In this document: one piece after another, positions 19,022 through 28,888 of the stretch
Layout: each line of letters starts with the position of its first letter
How positions within the stretch are numbered: the stretch's first letter is position 1
Virus record (IMG/VR): IMGVR_UViG_3300044477_000154
Location: 1 to 44,352 of that record
Strand: one strand, 5' to 3'
Source: a virus
Taxonomy: Duplodnaviria > Caudoviricetes
DNA: 44,352 bases
Program-made: the position numbers and the translations under genes
Notes under the pieces: generated by a model
What the model was told of the DNA's origin: nothing
The model's database searches: none
The model's input: only the letters and a program-made list of their open reading frames with translations

Positions 19022-19949
19022 CTTTAGAGCAGGACCAGACGAGCTTGCAAAAGTTTTATATCATTATGGAATCGGCGATGGCGTTGACAAAATAGTTTGC
19101 CCATTTCACGATGACGTCAATCCGAGCATGAAGTTAAACTTCAACGACGGAACATTTTATTGCTTTGGTTGCGGGGCCTCCGGTGACGCCGCGAGGTTTG
19201 TGATGTTGGCAGAAAAGTGTGATGAATTGGCTTCTGTTTTTAAGTTGTTTGAAATACTCAAAACAGACGAAGTCAGCACAATACACGCCAAAAAAGTGAA
19301 AGCAAAAACACGCAAGCAAAAAGAGCTGGATACAGTTATCTCACGAGATTATTATAAGTGTTTAGCGACAGTTGATTGGAAGTCATGCAGTGATGAGGAC
19401 GTTTGCAAAGCTAAAAAGTACATGTTAAAAAGAGGATTTACAGCGAAGACGCTGAACGAATCCGGAGCAAAATATTCCTATAATAATTCATATCCTTTAA
19501 TATTCCCCGTATTGGACAACGGCAAATTCAGAGGGTATGTTTGCAGGACGACAGACAAAAAGGTTGAAGCAAAAAGGAAATATTTATATAACAAAGGTTT
19601 CAGCCGTGCCACAATGCTTTGCGGTACATATACACAAAAGACAGTTGTCGTCGTGGAGGGCTATATGGACAGGCTAAAATTTAATCAATTTGGGCTGAAG
19701 CAGGTTGTCGCATTGTTTGGCTGGAAAGCAACAGACGAACAGATTGCAAAGCTCAAGCAGGCAGGAATCAAGACAATCATTTCAGCGCTGGATACGGACG
19801 AATGCGGGCGCAAAGGGACAAGATATTTGGCAAAGCATTTTGACGTCATTCCGTTTCAGTTTCCTGCAGGCGTAAAGGACCCAGGCGACATGACAATTGA
19901 GCAGTTTAAAAAATCATACAAAATAACGAAAAGGAGCCTTATCAAATGA
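19008..19949 (+). CDS. dnaG: DNA primase (CHC2 zinc finger plus TOPRIM)
   Basis: CPFHDD..PS...CFGC; VVVEGYMD; ALDTDECG; KDPGD. Confidence 0.92.
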   Translation: MLKIDFRAGPDELAKVLYHYGIGDGVDKIVCPFHDDVNPSMKLNFNDGTFYCFGCGASGDAARFVMLAEKCDELASVFKLFEILKTDEVSTIHAKKVKAKTRKQKELDTVISRDYYKCLATVDWKSCSDEDVCKAKKYMLKRGFTAKTLNESGAKYSYNNSYPLIFPVLDNGKFRGYVCRTTDKKVEAKRKYLYNKGFSRATMLCGTYTQKTVVVVEGYMDRLKFNQFGLKQVVALFGWKATDEQIAKLKQAGIKTIISALDTDECGRKGTRYLAKHFDVIPFQFPAGVKDPGDMTIEQFKKSYKITKRSLIK

Positions 19950-20779
19950 GTTTAGTTGACGACATCAAGACGCAGGCAAAAAAATCCGGAGCGAACAAAA
20001 ACAAGTTTCTTTATTTTCGCGAGGGCGTGAAAAATCGTGTCAGGTTTTTGGAGGAAATGGACGACGGTCATCAGATTGTTTTTCATGACAGTTTTTCACT
20101 TGGCGTGAATGCGCCCTGTCAAGCTACTTTTGACCGCGATTGCAACGGTTGCGAGAACGAGGATTTGAGGACGAGGACGCAATACGCTTGGAGCGTTTGG
20201 GATTATGAAGCGGCGGAAGTTCGTATCGTTATGTGGCCCGTCAATCAGTGTACACCCGTCACGGCGCTTGTCGCATTCAACGACACTTATGGCACGTTGA
20301 CCGACCGCGATTATGTCATCACAAAGTCCGGCAAACAGCAAAGCACATCTTACAGCGTGATTCCGATGGACAAGGCAAAATTCAAAAATCCGAAAGCGAA
20401 GCCGTTCAGCGAACAGAAGTTTCTGGCGCTTGTTGATAAAGCGTTTCCGTGGGACGAGGGCGATGACGCTGAGGATGACGAGGATGAGCCCAGAAGCAAG
20501 AAAAAATCTGGCGGTAAAAAGCCCGCTCCCAAGTCAAAAAGGCGTCCTGAGCCTGAGGATGATGACGAGGATGATGATGACGACGAGGACGATGAAGATG
20601 ATGATGACGACGACGAGGATTATGACGAAATGTCGGCGCTGGATTTATACAAATTGTGTGTGAAGCGCAAAATAAAAGCAAAGAAAAAGCAGAAGCAAAA
20701 ATATTATATCAAGCTTCTCGAGGACGCCGAGGAGAAAGACCTTGAGGATGACGACGATGAAGACGAATGGGACGATTGA
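19946..20779 (+). CDS. Probable single-stranded DNA-binding protein with HEH module and acidic tail
   Basis: RVRFL, C...C..C, DRDYVITKSGK..TSYSVIP; Asp/Glu-rich C-terminus. Confidence 0.7.
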   Translation: MSLVDDIKTQAKKSGANKNKFLYFREGVKNRVRFLEEMDDGHQIVFHDSFSLGVNAPCQATFDRDCNGCENEDLRTRTQYAWSVWDYEAAEVRIVMWPVNQCTPVTALVAFNDTYGTLTDRDYVITKSGKQQSTSYSVIPMDKAKFKNPKAKPFSEQKFLALVDKAFPWDEGDDAEDDEDEPRSKKKSGGKKPAPKSKRRPEPEDDDEDDDDDEDDEDDDDDDEDYDEMSALDLYKLCVKRKIKAKKKQKQKYYIKLLEDAEEKDLEDDDDEDEWDD

Positions 20780-21146
20780 CCGCGGCGAGAACATTCCGCT
20801 GAAAACGACGGCGACGCTTGCAGAGCTTTTTGATGAGCAGATATTTTTCCAGCGCAAAATAAACAAGGGCGCAAACATTCCGGAGGATAATGTGGATTTG
20901 TTTCAGTATCACATGTTGGCATTATCGGAGGAGATTGGCGAAGTTTTAAAAGCAGACAAGCGCTGGAAAACGCACAGAAATGACAGGTTTGTCGTGGATG
21001 AAAAGCTGGACGAGCTGGCGGATTGTTTTATCACTTTAATCAATATCGCTTGTTATAGCGGTTTTGGGGCGGATGTAATGTCAACAGCAATACTCGACAA
21101 AATAAAAAAGAACATCGAAAGGGTGACCAGTAATGTCAAAAAATGA
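20757..21146 (+). CDS. All-alpha NTP pyrophosphatase (MazG/dimeric dUTPase-dCTPase-like)
   Basis: LSEEIGEVL...WK...LDELADCFITLIN...KIKKNIER. Confidence 0.85.
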   Translation: MKTNGTIDRGENIPLKTTATLAELFDEQIFFQRKINKGANIPEDNVDLFQYHMLALSEEIGEVLKADKRWKTHRNDRFVVDEKLDELADCFITLINIACYSGFGADVMSTAILDKIKKNIERVTSNVKK

Positions 21147-23064
21147 CGCAGTTTTAGGGGTAAGCTTGGGATTCAATTCCTCAGCTTGTTTGTTTTCGAA
21201 TGACAATGGTTTGTTGTTTGCAGTATCAGAAGAGCGCCTGAATGGCGAGAAAAACACGAAAGCGTTTCCGGTGTTGTCGCTTATCCAATGCCTTGAATAT
21301 GCCAAAAAATATGACTACGATGTCAGTTGTTGCGCTTATTCATTTTACCAAGATTTGACCAACAAAATGTTTTTCAAGTATGCAAGGATGGCCGAGGAAA
21401 AGGAAGCATATTTGGGACTTCTGAATGCCAGAAACGACCATCTGAGCCCCACTGATTTGTTCATGGATATTATCAACGGCACATTGTTTCAGCTCGGCAT
21501 GGAGCCTCTGGAGCGTGTCTGGCGTGTTGAACATCACATGGCGCATGCTTATTCCGCAATGGCATTTTTTGGCGTTCCGTCAGACAATTACTGCATGATT
21601 ACGAGCGACGGATTTGGTGACGGGTTATCCGCCACAATAACGGACGGAAAGACGAATCTGCGCCTTTCTGAAGTTCCTTTGAGCGGTTCCGTTGCGCTTG
21701 TTTATCAGTTTGTGACAGGAGCGCTTGGGTTTAAGGAACATCAGCACGAGGGCAAAATAACGGGCCTTGCGGCGATGGGAAAGCCCATTCACAAAGATGT
21801 ATTTCGAAAGCTTTTCAAGGACAGCTTCGTCGCAGGAAATGACGTTGGGAATTCATTGTTATTCGACAAGCTTGGAACATTTGCGAGGGGCGCACAGTAC
21901 ACGGAAGAGGAAATTATTGAGATTGAGAATTCCGTGATACAGGATTTTGACGTGTTTATGAGCATGAAAAAGGCAGTTTATGCGCTTGCCAATTTCCTTA
22001 TGATTGACCAAAAAGCAAAGCGCGAAGACATTGCTTCGTCAGTTCAACAGTTTGCAGAAGAGACGACGCTCGAATGGATTTACATGAACGTCAAAAAGCT
22101 CAATTATGATGTTGCATATCTGGCTGGCGGATTGTTTGCAAATGTGAAAATCAATCAGCGCATTTGTGAAAGCAAGTTGTTCAAGCAGGTTTTCGTTTGT
22201 CCTGCAATGGGAGACGAGGGAACATGCGTCGGGGCGGCGGTGTTTGCTTCAACGGTGTTGTTTAAGCAGAAGTTTGAAGCAAAGGACGGCAGACAATTTT
22301 TGACGCTCACCAACAATGATTTCTTTGACGCCCCGCATTTAAAGGTTCAGGATTGGCGCATGCTCAACAGGGTTCGTTGTGGAACAAACAAAGCAAAGGG
22401 CGAGGATTATATTTCTGTCCTGAAAATGTTGTCAAAGCAGGAAGCCAAGCTGAATTTTGATTATTCGGTTCAGGATTATTCAGCAAAAACAGGTGATTAT
22501 ACTCCGACAAAATTGGCGCTGAAAATTGCGGACGATTTGGCAAATAAAAAAATTGTTTGCATGTTCAACGGCAGAATGGAATTCGGTCCCAGAGCGTTAT
22601 GCCACAGGAGCATTCTGTATGATTGTTCCGACAATGGCGTGAACAGTTGGCTCAATGAGCAGTTGTCACGGACGGAATTCATGCCATTCGCGCCGGTATG
22701 CTTGGAGCGTTATGCGAAAGACTTGTTTGAGGACATAGACGCGGGATTGATGACAAGTCAGTTTATGACGGTAACATTTAATTGCACGGAGGAATTCAAG
22801 CGCGATTATCCCGCAGGGTGCCACGTTGACGGAACAGCAAGGCCACAGATAATTTTGGAGCGTGACGAAACAAACGACCGCATGAACAGAATCCTGAAAA
22901 AATACTTTGAGTTGACGGGCAAAAAGGCAATAATAAATACGAGTTTTAATCTGCATAACAACCCGATTATTGAGGACCCAGCGGTGGCGGTGGAATCTTG
23001 GGCAAGGTCAAAAACGGATGTTTTGGTGATTGGAAATTGTAGAGTTGAGAGGTTAAAGCGTTGA
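21133..23064 (+). CDS. O-carbamoyltransferase (NodU/CmcH/TobZ family), likely 5-hydroxymethylcytosine carbamoyltransferase
   Basis: SEERL, EHHMAHAYSA, DGFGD, EGKITGLAA, LAGGLFANVKIN, PAMGDEG, GRMEFGPRAL, FMPFAP, HVDGTARPQ, NTSFN. Confidence 0.93.
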   Translation: MSKNDAVLGVSLGFNSSACLFSNDNGLLFAVSEERLNGEKNTKAFPVLSLIQCLEYAKKYDYDVSCCAYSFYQDLTNKMFFKYARMAEEKEAYLGLLNARNDHLSPTDLFMDIINGTLFQLGMEPLERVWRVEHHMAHAYSAMAFFGVPSDNYCMITSDGFGDGLSATITDGKTNLRLSEVPLSGSVALVYQFVTGALGFKEHQHEGKITGLAAMGKPIHKDVFRKLFKDSFVAGNDVGNSLLFDKLGTFARGAQYTEEEIIEIENSVIQDFDVFMSMKKAVYALANFLMIDQKAKREDIASSVQQFAEETTLEWIYMNVKKLNYDVAYLAGGLFANVKINQRICESKLFKQVFVCPAMGDEGTCVGAAVFASTVLFKQKFEAKDGRQFLTLTNNDFFDAPHLKVQDWRMLNRVRCGTNKAKGEDYISVLKMLSKQEAKLNFDYSVQDYSAKTGDYTPTKLALKIADDLANKKIVCMFNGRMEFGPRALCHRSILYDCSDNGVNSWLNEQLSRTEFMPFAPVCLERYAKDLFEDIDAGLMTSQFMTVTFNCTEEFKRDYPAGCHVDGTARPQIILERDETNDRMNRILKKYFELTGKKAIINTSFNLHNNPIIEDPAVAVESWARSKTDVLVIGNCRVERLKR

Positions 23065-24575
23065 GGAAAATAATTGTTGATTCGGTTGAACAAGCGTTTC
23101 ATGCCGTGCTCGACGATTTGAGGGCGGAGGGGCTGGAAACAGCCCCTCGTGGCAGTAGAATTCTCGAGCTCATAAATTGCAATATCGAAATAAAGAATCC
23201 ACGGGACAGGATTGTGAAATGTCCTGAGCGCAAATTTTCAGCGGCGTATGCGGTCGGCGAGTTGCTTTGGTATTTGTCAGGGCGCAACGATTTGGCAACG
23301 ATGAAGTATTATTCAAAGTTTATTGAGCAATGTTCAGACGACGGCGAGACGCTGAATTCTGCATACGGCGCTCGGATATTTGCAGGAGCAAAGAACAAGA
23401 AAATTGGCTTCAATCAGTGGGCGCATGTTGTAAAGTTGTTGACTGAGGACAGGGACAGCAGGCAGGCAATAATCCACTTGCACACGCCAAACAACGTTAA
23501 GACGAAAGACGAAGTTTGTACTCTGAGCATGCAGTTTCTCATTCGGGAGGGGCGCTTGGATTTAATCGTAAACATGCGCTCAAACGATATATTCCTTGGG
23601 TTTACCTATGACGCCTTCTCGTTCACAATGCTTCAGGAAATGATGGCAAATGAGCTTGGGGTTGAGCTTGGAAAATACTATCATAATGCGGGTTCTATGC
23701 ACATTTATCAGAATAAATTTGATATACTTTACAAGCACACGTTCATTGATTCTGCGCCCATGCCGGCATTTGACAGAGACGTCAAAGGGTTTGCATTTGA
23801 GGTTGCGATTGAAACACATCATCGCGGCGCAGGCGGATATAAAATGCCGATTCCGGATTCCTACGAGCAGGCGAAAGTTGCCAAAGATTTGGTGATAAGG
23901 TTCATGAGGTTTGCGTTGCTGATAAAGCGCATTGAGGAAACAAACAAAAAACAACCGAATCATCCGGACAAGTTTGACCGCTTTGTGAATGGTTGCGTGA
24001 ACAACATGATGAAGCATTCAGAAACGCTTGCAGAAGCGCTTGTGGCGCACAGGGCAAGCAGTACAGGCAAGCCGTTGAAGATGATTGTTGAGGGCATAGA
24101 TGGCGCAGGAAAGACAACGTTCTGCGAACATGCGTTCAAGGCGTTAGATGGCAAGTTTGATGATGGCAGAGTTTTACTCAAACACTATTGCGCCCCGTCA
24201 AAAGATTTCCACTTTTACGGAGATTATTTAAACGATATACTGAACGAAAACAGCATAATATTTGACAGGTTTTTCCTGTCGGAGGAAGTTTATTCGGAAA
24301 CAATGGGCAGGCAAAAACGCTTGTCGGGAAGTCAGTTGTGGGACCTGCTTTACACGCTGGAAAACAGAGGCGCCGAAGTTACATTTGTTTTTATAGTTGC
24401 AAACACGAGGACGGGTTTGAGGGCTATTTGTGACAGGATGGACGATGAGGACAGGTCAAAATTCATGAGCGTCGCAGAAAAGCAAAACAAGCTCTATAAG
24501 AAGTGGGCGAAGACGCTCAAAACAATGGGCTTTGATGTTGTTCTGCTGGACGCAGAAAGGCCGTTAGATGGTTGA
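23061..24575 (+). CDS. Thymidylate-synthase-family dCMP hydroxymethylase fused to a C-terminal dNMP kinase-like P-loop domain
   Basis: SAYG.RI, DSRQA, catalytic KDEVCT, MRSNDIFLGFTYD (Asp at the base-specificity site), GSMHIY; kinase motifs IVEGIDGAGKTT and FDRFFLSEEVY. Confidence 0.85.
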   Translation: MRKIIVDSVEQAFHAVLDDLRAEGLETAPRGSRILELINCNIEIKNPRDRIVKCPERKFSAAYAVGELLWYLSGRNDLATMKYYSKFIEQCSDDGETLNSAYGARIFAGAKNKKIGFNQWAHVVKLLTEDRDSRQAIIHLHTPNNVKTKDEVCTLSMQFLIREGRLDLIVNMRSNDIFLGFTYDAFSFTMLQEMMANELGVELGKYYHNAGSMHIYQNKFDILYKHTFIDSAPMPAFDRDVKGFAFEVAIETHHRGAGGYKMPIPDSYEQAKVAKDLVIRFMRFALLIKRIEETNKKQPNHPDKFDRFVNGCVNNMMKHSETLAEALVAHRASSTGKPLKMIVEGIDGAGKTTFCEHAFKALDGKFDDGRVLLKHYCAPSKDFHFYGDYLNDILNENSIIFDRFFLSEEVYSETMGRQKRLSGSQLWDLLYTLENRGAEVTFVFIVANTRTGLRAICDRMDDEDRSKFMSVAEKQNKLYKKWAKTLKTMGFDVVLLDAERPLDG

Positions 24576-27285
24576 TTTACATCGACATGATGAATTCTCA
24601 TTCTTTGACGGATTTGGCAAAGCGACGGAGCTGGCGGAGCTTGCAAAACAGCTTGGACACACGTCATTGAGCGTGTCAAATCACGGCAATGTGAACGGGC
24701 TCATAAAGCACTATCAGGCATGCAAGAAGCAGGAAATAAACTGCATTATGGGCGCTGAAGTGTATTTCCAGCCGGTGATTGACAGGACAAAAAAGTCATA
24801 TCATTTGTGTTTATTTGCGAAAAATCTTAAGGGCTATGAGAGTCTGAACAACCTCATTTATATGGGCGAAAAACAGAAATATTATAAGCCAATAATTTGC
24901 TTTGACGATTTGGAAAAGTTTAGTGATGGCTTGATATGTTCCTCCGCTTGCATTGGAGGACTGATTTCGTCAATGTTGATGAACAAAAAGGAGCCCGTTG
25001 CACGGAAAGCGGCGAAGCGTTTTCAGAAGATATTTGGCGATGATTTCTACATTGAGATACAGCCATACAGGATTGACAAAAACGGCACACAGGAGCGGGT
25101 AAATTGCGAGCTGATATGGCTTGCAAAACAGCTCAATATTGAATGCGTTCTGACTTCGGACAGCCACTACGGCGCCAAGGATGATTTTGACACATATCTG
25201 AAAATGCACGAAATTGCAAAACACACAGGATATGACATCAAAGAAACGTATGGCGAGAGGTACATGCCGACGGAATCGCAGTTGTGCAAGCGCTTCAGGA
25301 AAATGCACAGCGCCGGCGATTATTCCGTTCAGAATTGGGAGCGTGTTTTGAAGCGCATGCAAAGCAATCTGGAAAAGCTGGAAAGCAAAGTCGAGCAGAA
25401 CATTCTGGATGAGCTCAAGGAGGAATTGCCCAGCATAGTTGATGAGGGTGAGGACGCTTATACAATTATGCTGAAAGCAGTTAAAGAGGGCCTGAAGCGC
25501 ATTGGAAAGCATAACAACAAAGTGTATGTTGACAGGTGCAAGCAGGAGTTGAAAGTCATAAAGCTTCACGGATTCGCGGATTATTTTTTGATTGTGGCGG
25601 ATTATGTGAAGTTTGCCAAAGATAAGGGCATTTTGGTGGGGCCTGGTCGTGGTTCCGTTTGTAATTGCGAGGTTGCGTATTTGCTGGGAATAACAACAGT
25701 TGACAGCATAAGATTCAACCTGAATTTTGAGCGGTTTCTGCGTGAGGACAAGGGCAAATTGCCGGATATTGATTTAGACTTTGAGACGAGCAGGAGACAA
25801 GAAGTCATCGATTATTTGGTGGAAAAGTATTTGGGACATGCGGCGCAGATATGTTCTTACGGCCTGTATAAAGTTGACAATTTGATAAATGATTTGGGCA
25901 AGGTTTGCGGGCTTGAAGACGCAAAGGACAAAGCGGCGCTGAAAACGTATTTGAGAAGCGAAATTGATGACACGTATCATTTTTCGTATAAACCGCACAG
26001 CCGTGAGGCGAGGATGTACAACGAGCAGTATGACAATATTGTGAAGCATTTTGACAGGCTCTACAACAAAGTCAGGTTCATAGGCACACATGCCGCAGGC
26101 GTTGCAATAACAGGAAGCGACGTGAGAAGATACACAGCGTTGAGGATAACAAAGGACAAGGAAACAGGGCGTGAGCGCGAATATACTGTCTATGATTTGG
26201 CGGATTTGGATATAATCCACGTGGTCAAATTTGACATGCTCGGACTGAAAACAATGGAAAGCATTGGCGAGCTTCGCAGGATGACGGGTCATGACTTATT
26301 GCAGGAGGAAGCGTATGACGACCCTGATATCTGGAGAATGTTTGCGGATGGAGAGACGGATGGCGTATTCCAATTTGAAGCAACGACGCCCAGAAAAATG
26401 CTTATGAGTTGCGAATGCGATTGTTTTGAGGATATGATTGCAGTTAGCTCAATGAATCGTCCGGGCCCGCTCTCAATGAAAATGCCGGAGCAGTATGCAC
26501 ACAACAAATTTAACTTGGATGACGTTAAAAAGAATAATCGTTATTATGAGTATACCAAAGAAACATACGGGACAATCGTCTATCAGGAGCAGTTGCAACA
26601 AATAGCGACAAAAGTCGGCAAATTATCGTGGGCAGACGCAGACAGACTGATGAAGTTAATGAAGCAGGCAATCGCAACGATGGGTGATTTGGACGAGGTT
26701 GCAAAGGAGCGCGAGGAAATGACTGAGCGCTTCGTTAAAGGTGCAATGGAAAACGGTTGGAGCGAAGCGGATTCCAGAACAACGTTCAAAGGCATGCTGG
26801 CATATTTGTTCAATAAGGGTCATTCCGTGTCGTATGGCATGATAAGCTTAGAGGAAATGTATTACAAAGTTTATTATCCGCTGGAATTTTGGTACACGAA
26901 AATCAAGTTTGAAAACGATGACGAAAAGATAGCAAAGTTTAAGACGAAAGCAGTTGCGGCGGGTCAGGTTTTGTTCCTCCCGCATGTGAATTATTCATCT
27001 GATTACTCAATACGCGAAATAGACGGCGATAAGGCCATTCAGGAGGGCTTGAGCAGTATCAAGGGCATTGGTGCCAAAGCGGCGGCATACATTGCTGAAC
27101 AGCGCAAGAAAGGCCCATTTAGAAGCGTTGAGGACTTCACAGAACGTTGCAAGTCAAGGGCGGTCACTTCTCGAGTTGTTACAATTCTCAAGGAAAATGG
27201 AGCGCTCGAATTTGACAAAAAGCTTTATCAAAAACGGGTGCAGAAATACAATTCTGCGCTTTATTCGAGGGGATTACGAAGATGA
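24568..27285 (+). CDS. dnaE: DNA polymerase III alpha subunit (family C) with PHP domain and short C-terminus
   Basis: LHRHDEFSFFDG, SDSHY, GPGRGS, FERFL, LPDIDLDF, KFDMLGL, FNKGHS, IKGIG HhH. Confidence 0.95.
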   Translation: MVDLHRHDEFSFFDGFGKATELAELAKQLGHTSLSVSNHGNVNGLIKHYQACKKQEINCIMGAEVYFQPVIDRTKKSYHLCLFAKNLKGYESLNNLIYMGEKQKYYKPIICFDDLEKFSDGLICSSACIGGLISSMLMNKKEPVARKAAKRFQKIFGDDFYIEIQPYRIDKNGTQERVNCELIWLAKQLNIECVLTSDSHYGAKDDFDTYLKMHEIAKHTGYDIKETYGERYMPTESQLCKRFRKMHSAGDYSVQNWERVLKRMQSNLEKLESKVEQNILDELKEELPSIVDEGEDAYTIMLKAVKEGLKRIGKHNNKVYVDRCKQELKVIKLHGFADYFLIVADYVKFAKDKGILVGPGRGSVCNCEVAYLLGITTVDSIRFNLNFERFLREDKGKLPDIDLDFETSRRQEVIDYLVEKYLGHAAQICSYGLYKVDNLINDLGKVCGLEDAKDKAALKTYLRSEIDDTYHFSYKPHSREARMYNEQYDNIVKHFDRLYNKVRFIGTHAAGVAITGSDVRRYTALRITKDKETGREREYTVYDLADLDIIHVVKFDMLGLKTMESIGELRRMTGHDLLQEEAYDDPDIWRMFADGETDGVFQFEATTPRKMLMSCECDCFEDMIAVSSMNRPGPLSMKMPEQYAHNKFNLDDVKKNNRYYEYTKETYGTIVYQEQLQQIATKVGKLSWADADRLMKLMKQAIATMGDLDEVAKEREEMTERFVKGAMENGWSEADSRTTFKGMLAYLFNKGHSVSYGMISLEEMYYKVYYPLEFWYTKIKFENDDEKIAKFKTKAVAAGQVLFLPHVNYSSDYSIREIDGDKAIQEGLSSIKGIGAKAAAYIAEQRKKGPFRSVEDFTERCKSRAVTSRVVTILKENGALEFDKKLYQKRVQKYNSALYSRGLRR

Positions 27286-27572
27286 GCAAAAAGCACAAAG
27301 GCAAGGGCAGAAAAAAGCTTTTCATTGGTATGGCAGTTAATAACAAAGGATATTGCTTTGATAACACGGAAGCTGATACAGTTGCACAGCTGAAAAGCTG
27401 GGCGAGCGGATTTCCGTCCCGCTCCGCATTTGCGGTGAACGGTTTCTTTCTGGTTGTAATGAATAATTACACCAAAGAAATAACGGAACATTTTGAATTT
27501 AAGAAAGGGGCTGGGTTTGTAAATGCTGACGAACAAGGAGAAAATCCTGAAGTTATGCAAGGAAATATCTGA
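27282..27572 (+). CDS. Hypothetical protein
   Basis: ATGA overlap with the dnaE stop. Confidence 0.55.
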   Translation: MSKKHKGKGRKKLFIGMAVNNKGYCFDNTEADTVAQLKSWASGFPSRSAFAVNGFFLVVMNNYTKEITEHFEFKKGAGFVNADEQGENPEVMQGNI

Positions 27573-28452
27573 AAAGGAGCCCGGCTCAATTTTTAGTTTA
27601 GGCAACAAAAACAGCGCTCTGCGCATGCCACGATGGTCAACAGGCCTTGAGGATTTGGACGCAATTTTGGGCGGCGGAATGCCGGAGGGCAGAATCATCG
27701 AAGTATTTGGGCCGGAAAGCTCCGGCAAAACTTCATTGGGATATCATTTGGCGGCGTGTTGCGAACAATCGTTATACATTCCAATTGAGGGAACGTTTGA
27801 CGGAGAGCGGGCAAAGGTGTTTGGTTGCAGGTCAAAGTCAATGATTGTTTATCGTGCGAGGTATGGTGAGCAGGCAATGAACAAAGCGGACCAATTTGCA
27901 CAGGCTGGGATTCCTATAATCATCATAGACAGCATTCCCGCATGCAAGCCGAAAGAGGACATTGACAAAATACGGCAGGCAATAAAGCGGAATGAGGAAG
28001 TCAATGAGCGCATGGGCGGCGTGGCCCGTTTAATGCACAAATATCTTCCGTTATTGGAGGAAACAATCGAGACAACAGGAACGACCATAATTTTGGTCAA
28101 TCAGGTCAGGGACAAAATGGACGCAGTTATGTTCGGCGAAAAGACAGACACGCCAGGCGGACGGGCTCCAAAGCATTACAGCAGTATTCGAATTCAGGTT
28201 GCTCGGAGGGCGTGGATTGAGATTCCTGCAGGCAGTAAAAGCGTCGCAAAGACGGACAAAGTTGGCATAATTATGAAAGCAAAATGTGTTAAAAACAAGA
28301 CAGCGAATCCAATGGGCGAAGCGGAAATTCCGATGTTTTTTGACCGAGGATTTGTTGGTTATGGCGAGATTCCGGAAATTAGACGAGAGCTTATGAAAGC
28401 GAGCAAACAGAAAGGCGGTAGACAAGACGATGAACAAGACGACGACGAATGA
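27523..28452 (+). CDS. recA: RecA/UvsX-like recombinase
   Basis: LDAILGGGMPEGRIIEVFGPESSGKT, IIIDSI, NQVR, TPGGRA, KNK. Confidence 0.92.
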   Translation: MLTNKEKILKLCKEISEKEPGSIFSLGNKNSALRMPRWSTGLEDLDAILGGGMPEGRIIEVFGPESSGKTSLGYHLAACCEQSLYIPIEGTFDGERAKVFGCRSKSMIVYRARYGEQAMNKADQFAQAGIPIIIIDSIPACKPKEDIDKIRQAIKRNEEVNERMGGVARLMHKYLPLLEETIETTGTTIILVNQVRDKMDAVMFGEKTDTPGGRAPKHYSSIRIQVARRAWIEIPAGSKSVAKTDKVGIIMKAKCVKNKTANPMGEAEIPMFFDRGFVGYGEIPEIRRELMKASKQKGGRQDDEQDDDE

Positions 28453-28888
28453 GGTGTGGAAGCGCCCATCAAAGGACAGTTATTACATCAGCATAGCGGA
28501 ACAAGTTGCAAGGCGCTCTACATGCTTAAAAAGGGCCTATGGAGCCGTTATCGTAAACAACGATGAGATAGTTGCAACAGGATACAATGGGAGCCCGAGG
28601 GGCTTCACAAATTGCTGTGATGAGGGCGTATGCAAACGAGCAGGGGCGCCCAGATACACGGATTATGAAAAGTGTGAAAGCGTTCACGCAGAACAAAACG
28701 CAATTATCCACGCCAGCAGGCAACAGATGGCAGGCGCGACACTATATTTGGCGTGTTGGGATTATGAAGCGACGACACAACAGCCGACTTTTGACGTTGC
28801 TCCGGAGCCTTGCCCGCTCTGCATGCGGATGATAAAGAATGCGGGAATTGTTCGCATTGTAAACTATTCCGGAGAGGTAAAATTATGA
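28430..28888 (+). CDS. dCMP deaminase
   Basis: RSTCLKR.YGAVIV, TGYNG, HAEQNA, PCPLC. Confidence 0.92.
   Translation: MNKTTTNEVWKRPSKDSYYISIAEQVARRSTCLKRAYGAVIVNNDEIVATGYNGSPRGFTNCCDEGVCKRAGAPRYTDYEKCESVHAEQNAIIHASRQQMAGATLYLACWDYEATTQQPTFDVAPEPCPLCMRMIKNAGIVRIVNYSGEVKL

Noticed and set aside
23061-24575. Canonical thymidylate synthase (thyA)
   Set aside because: Asp rather than Asn at the specificity position, gp42-like motifs and a modification-gene context
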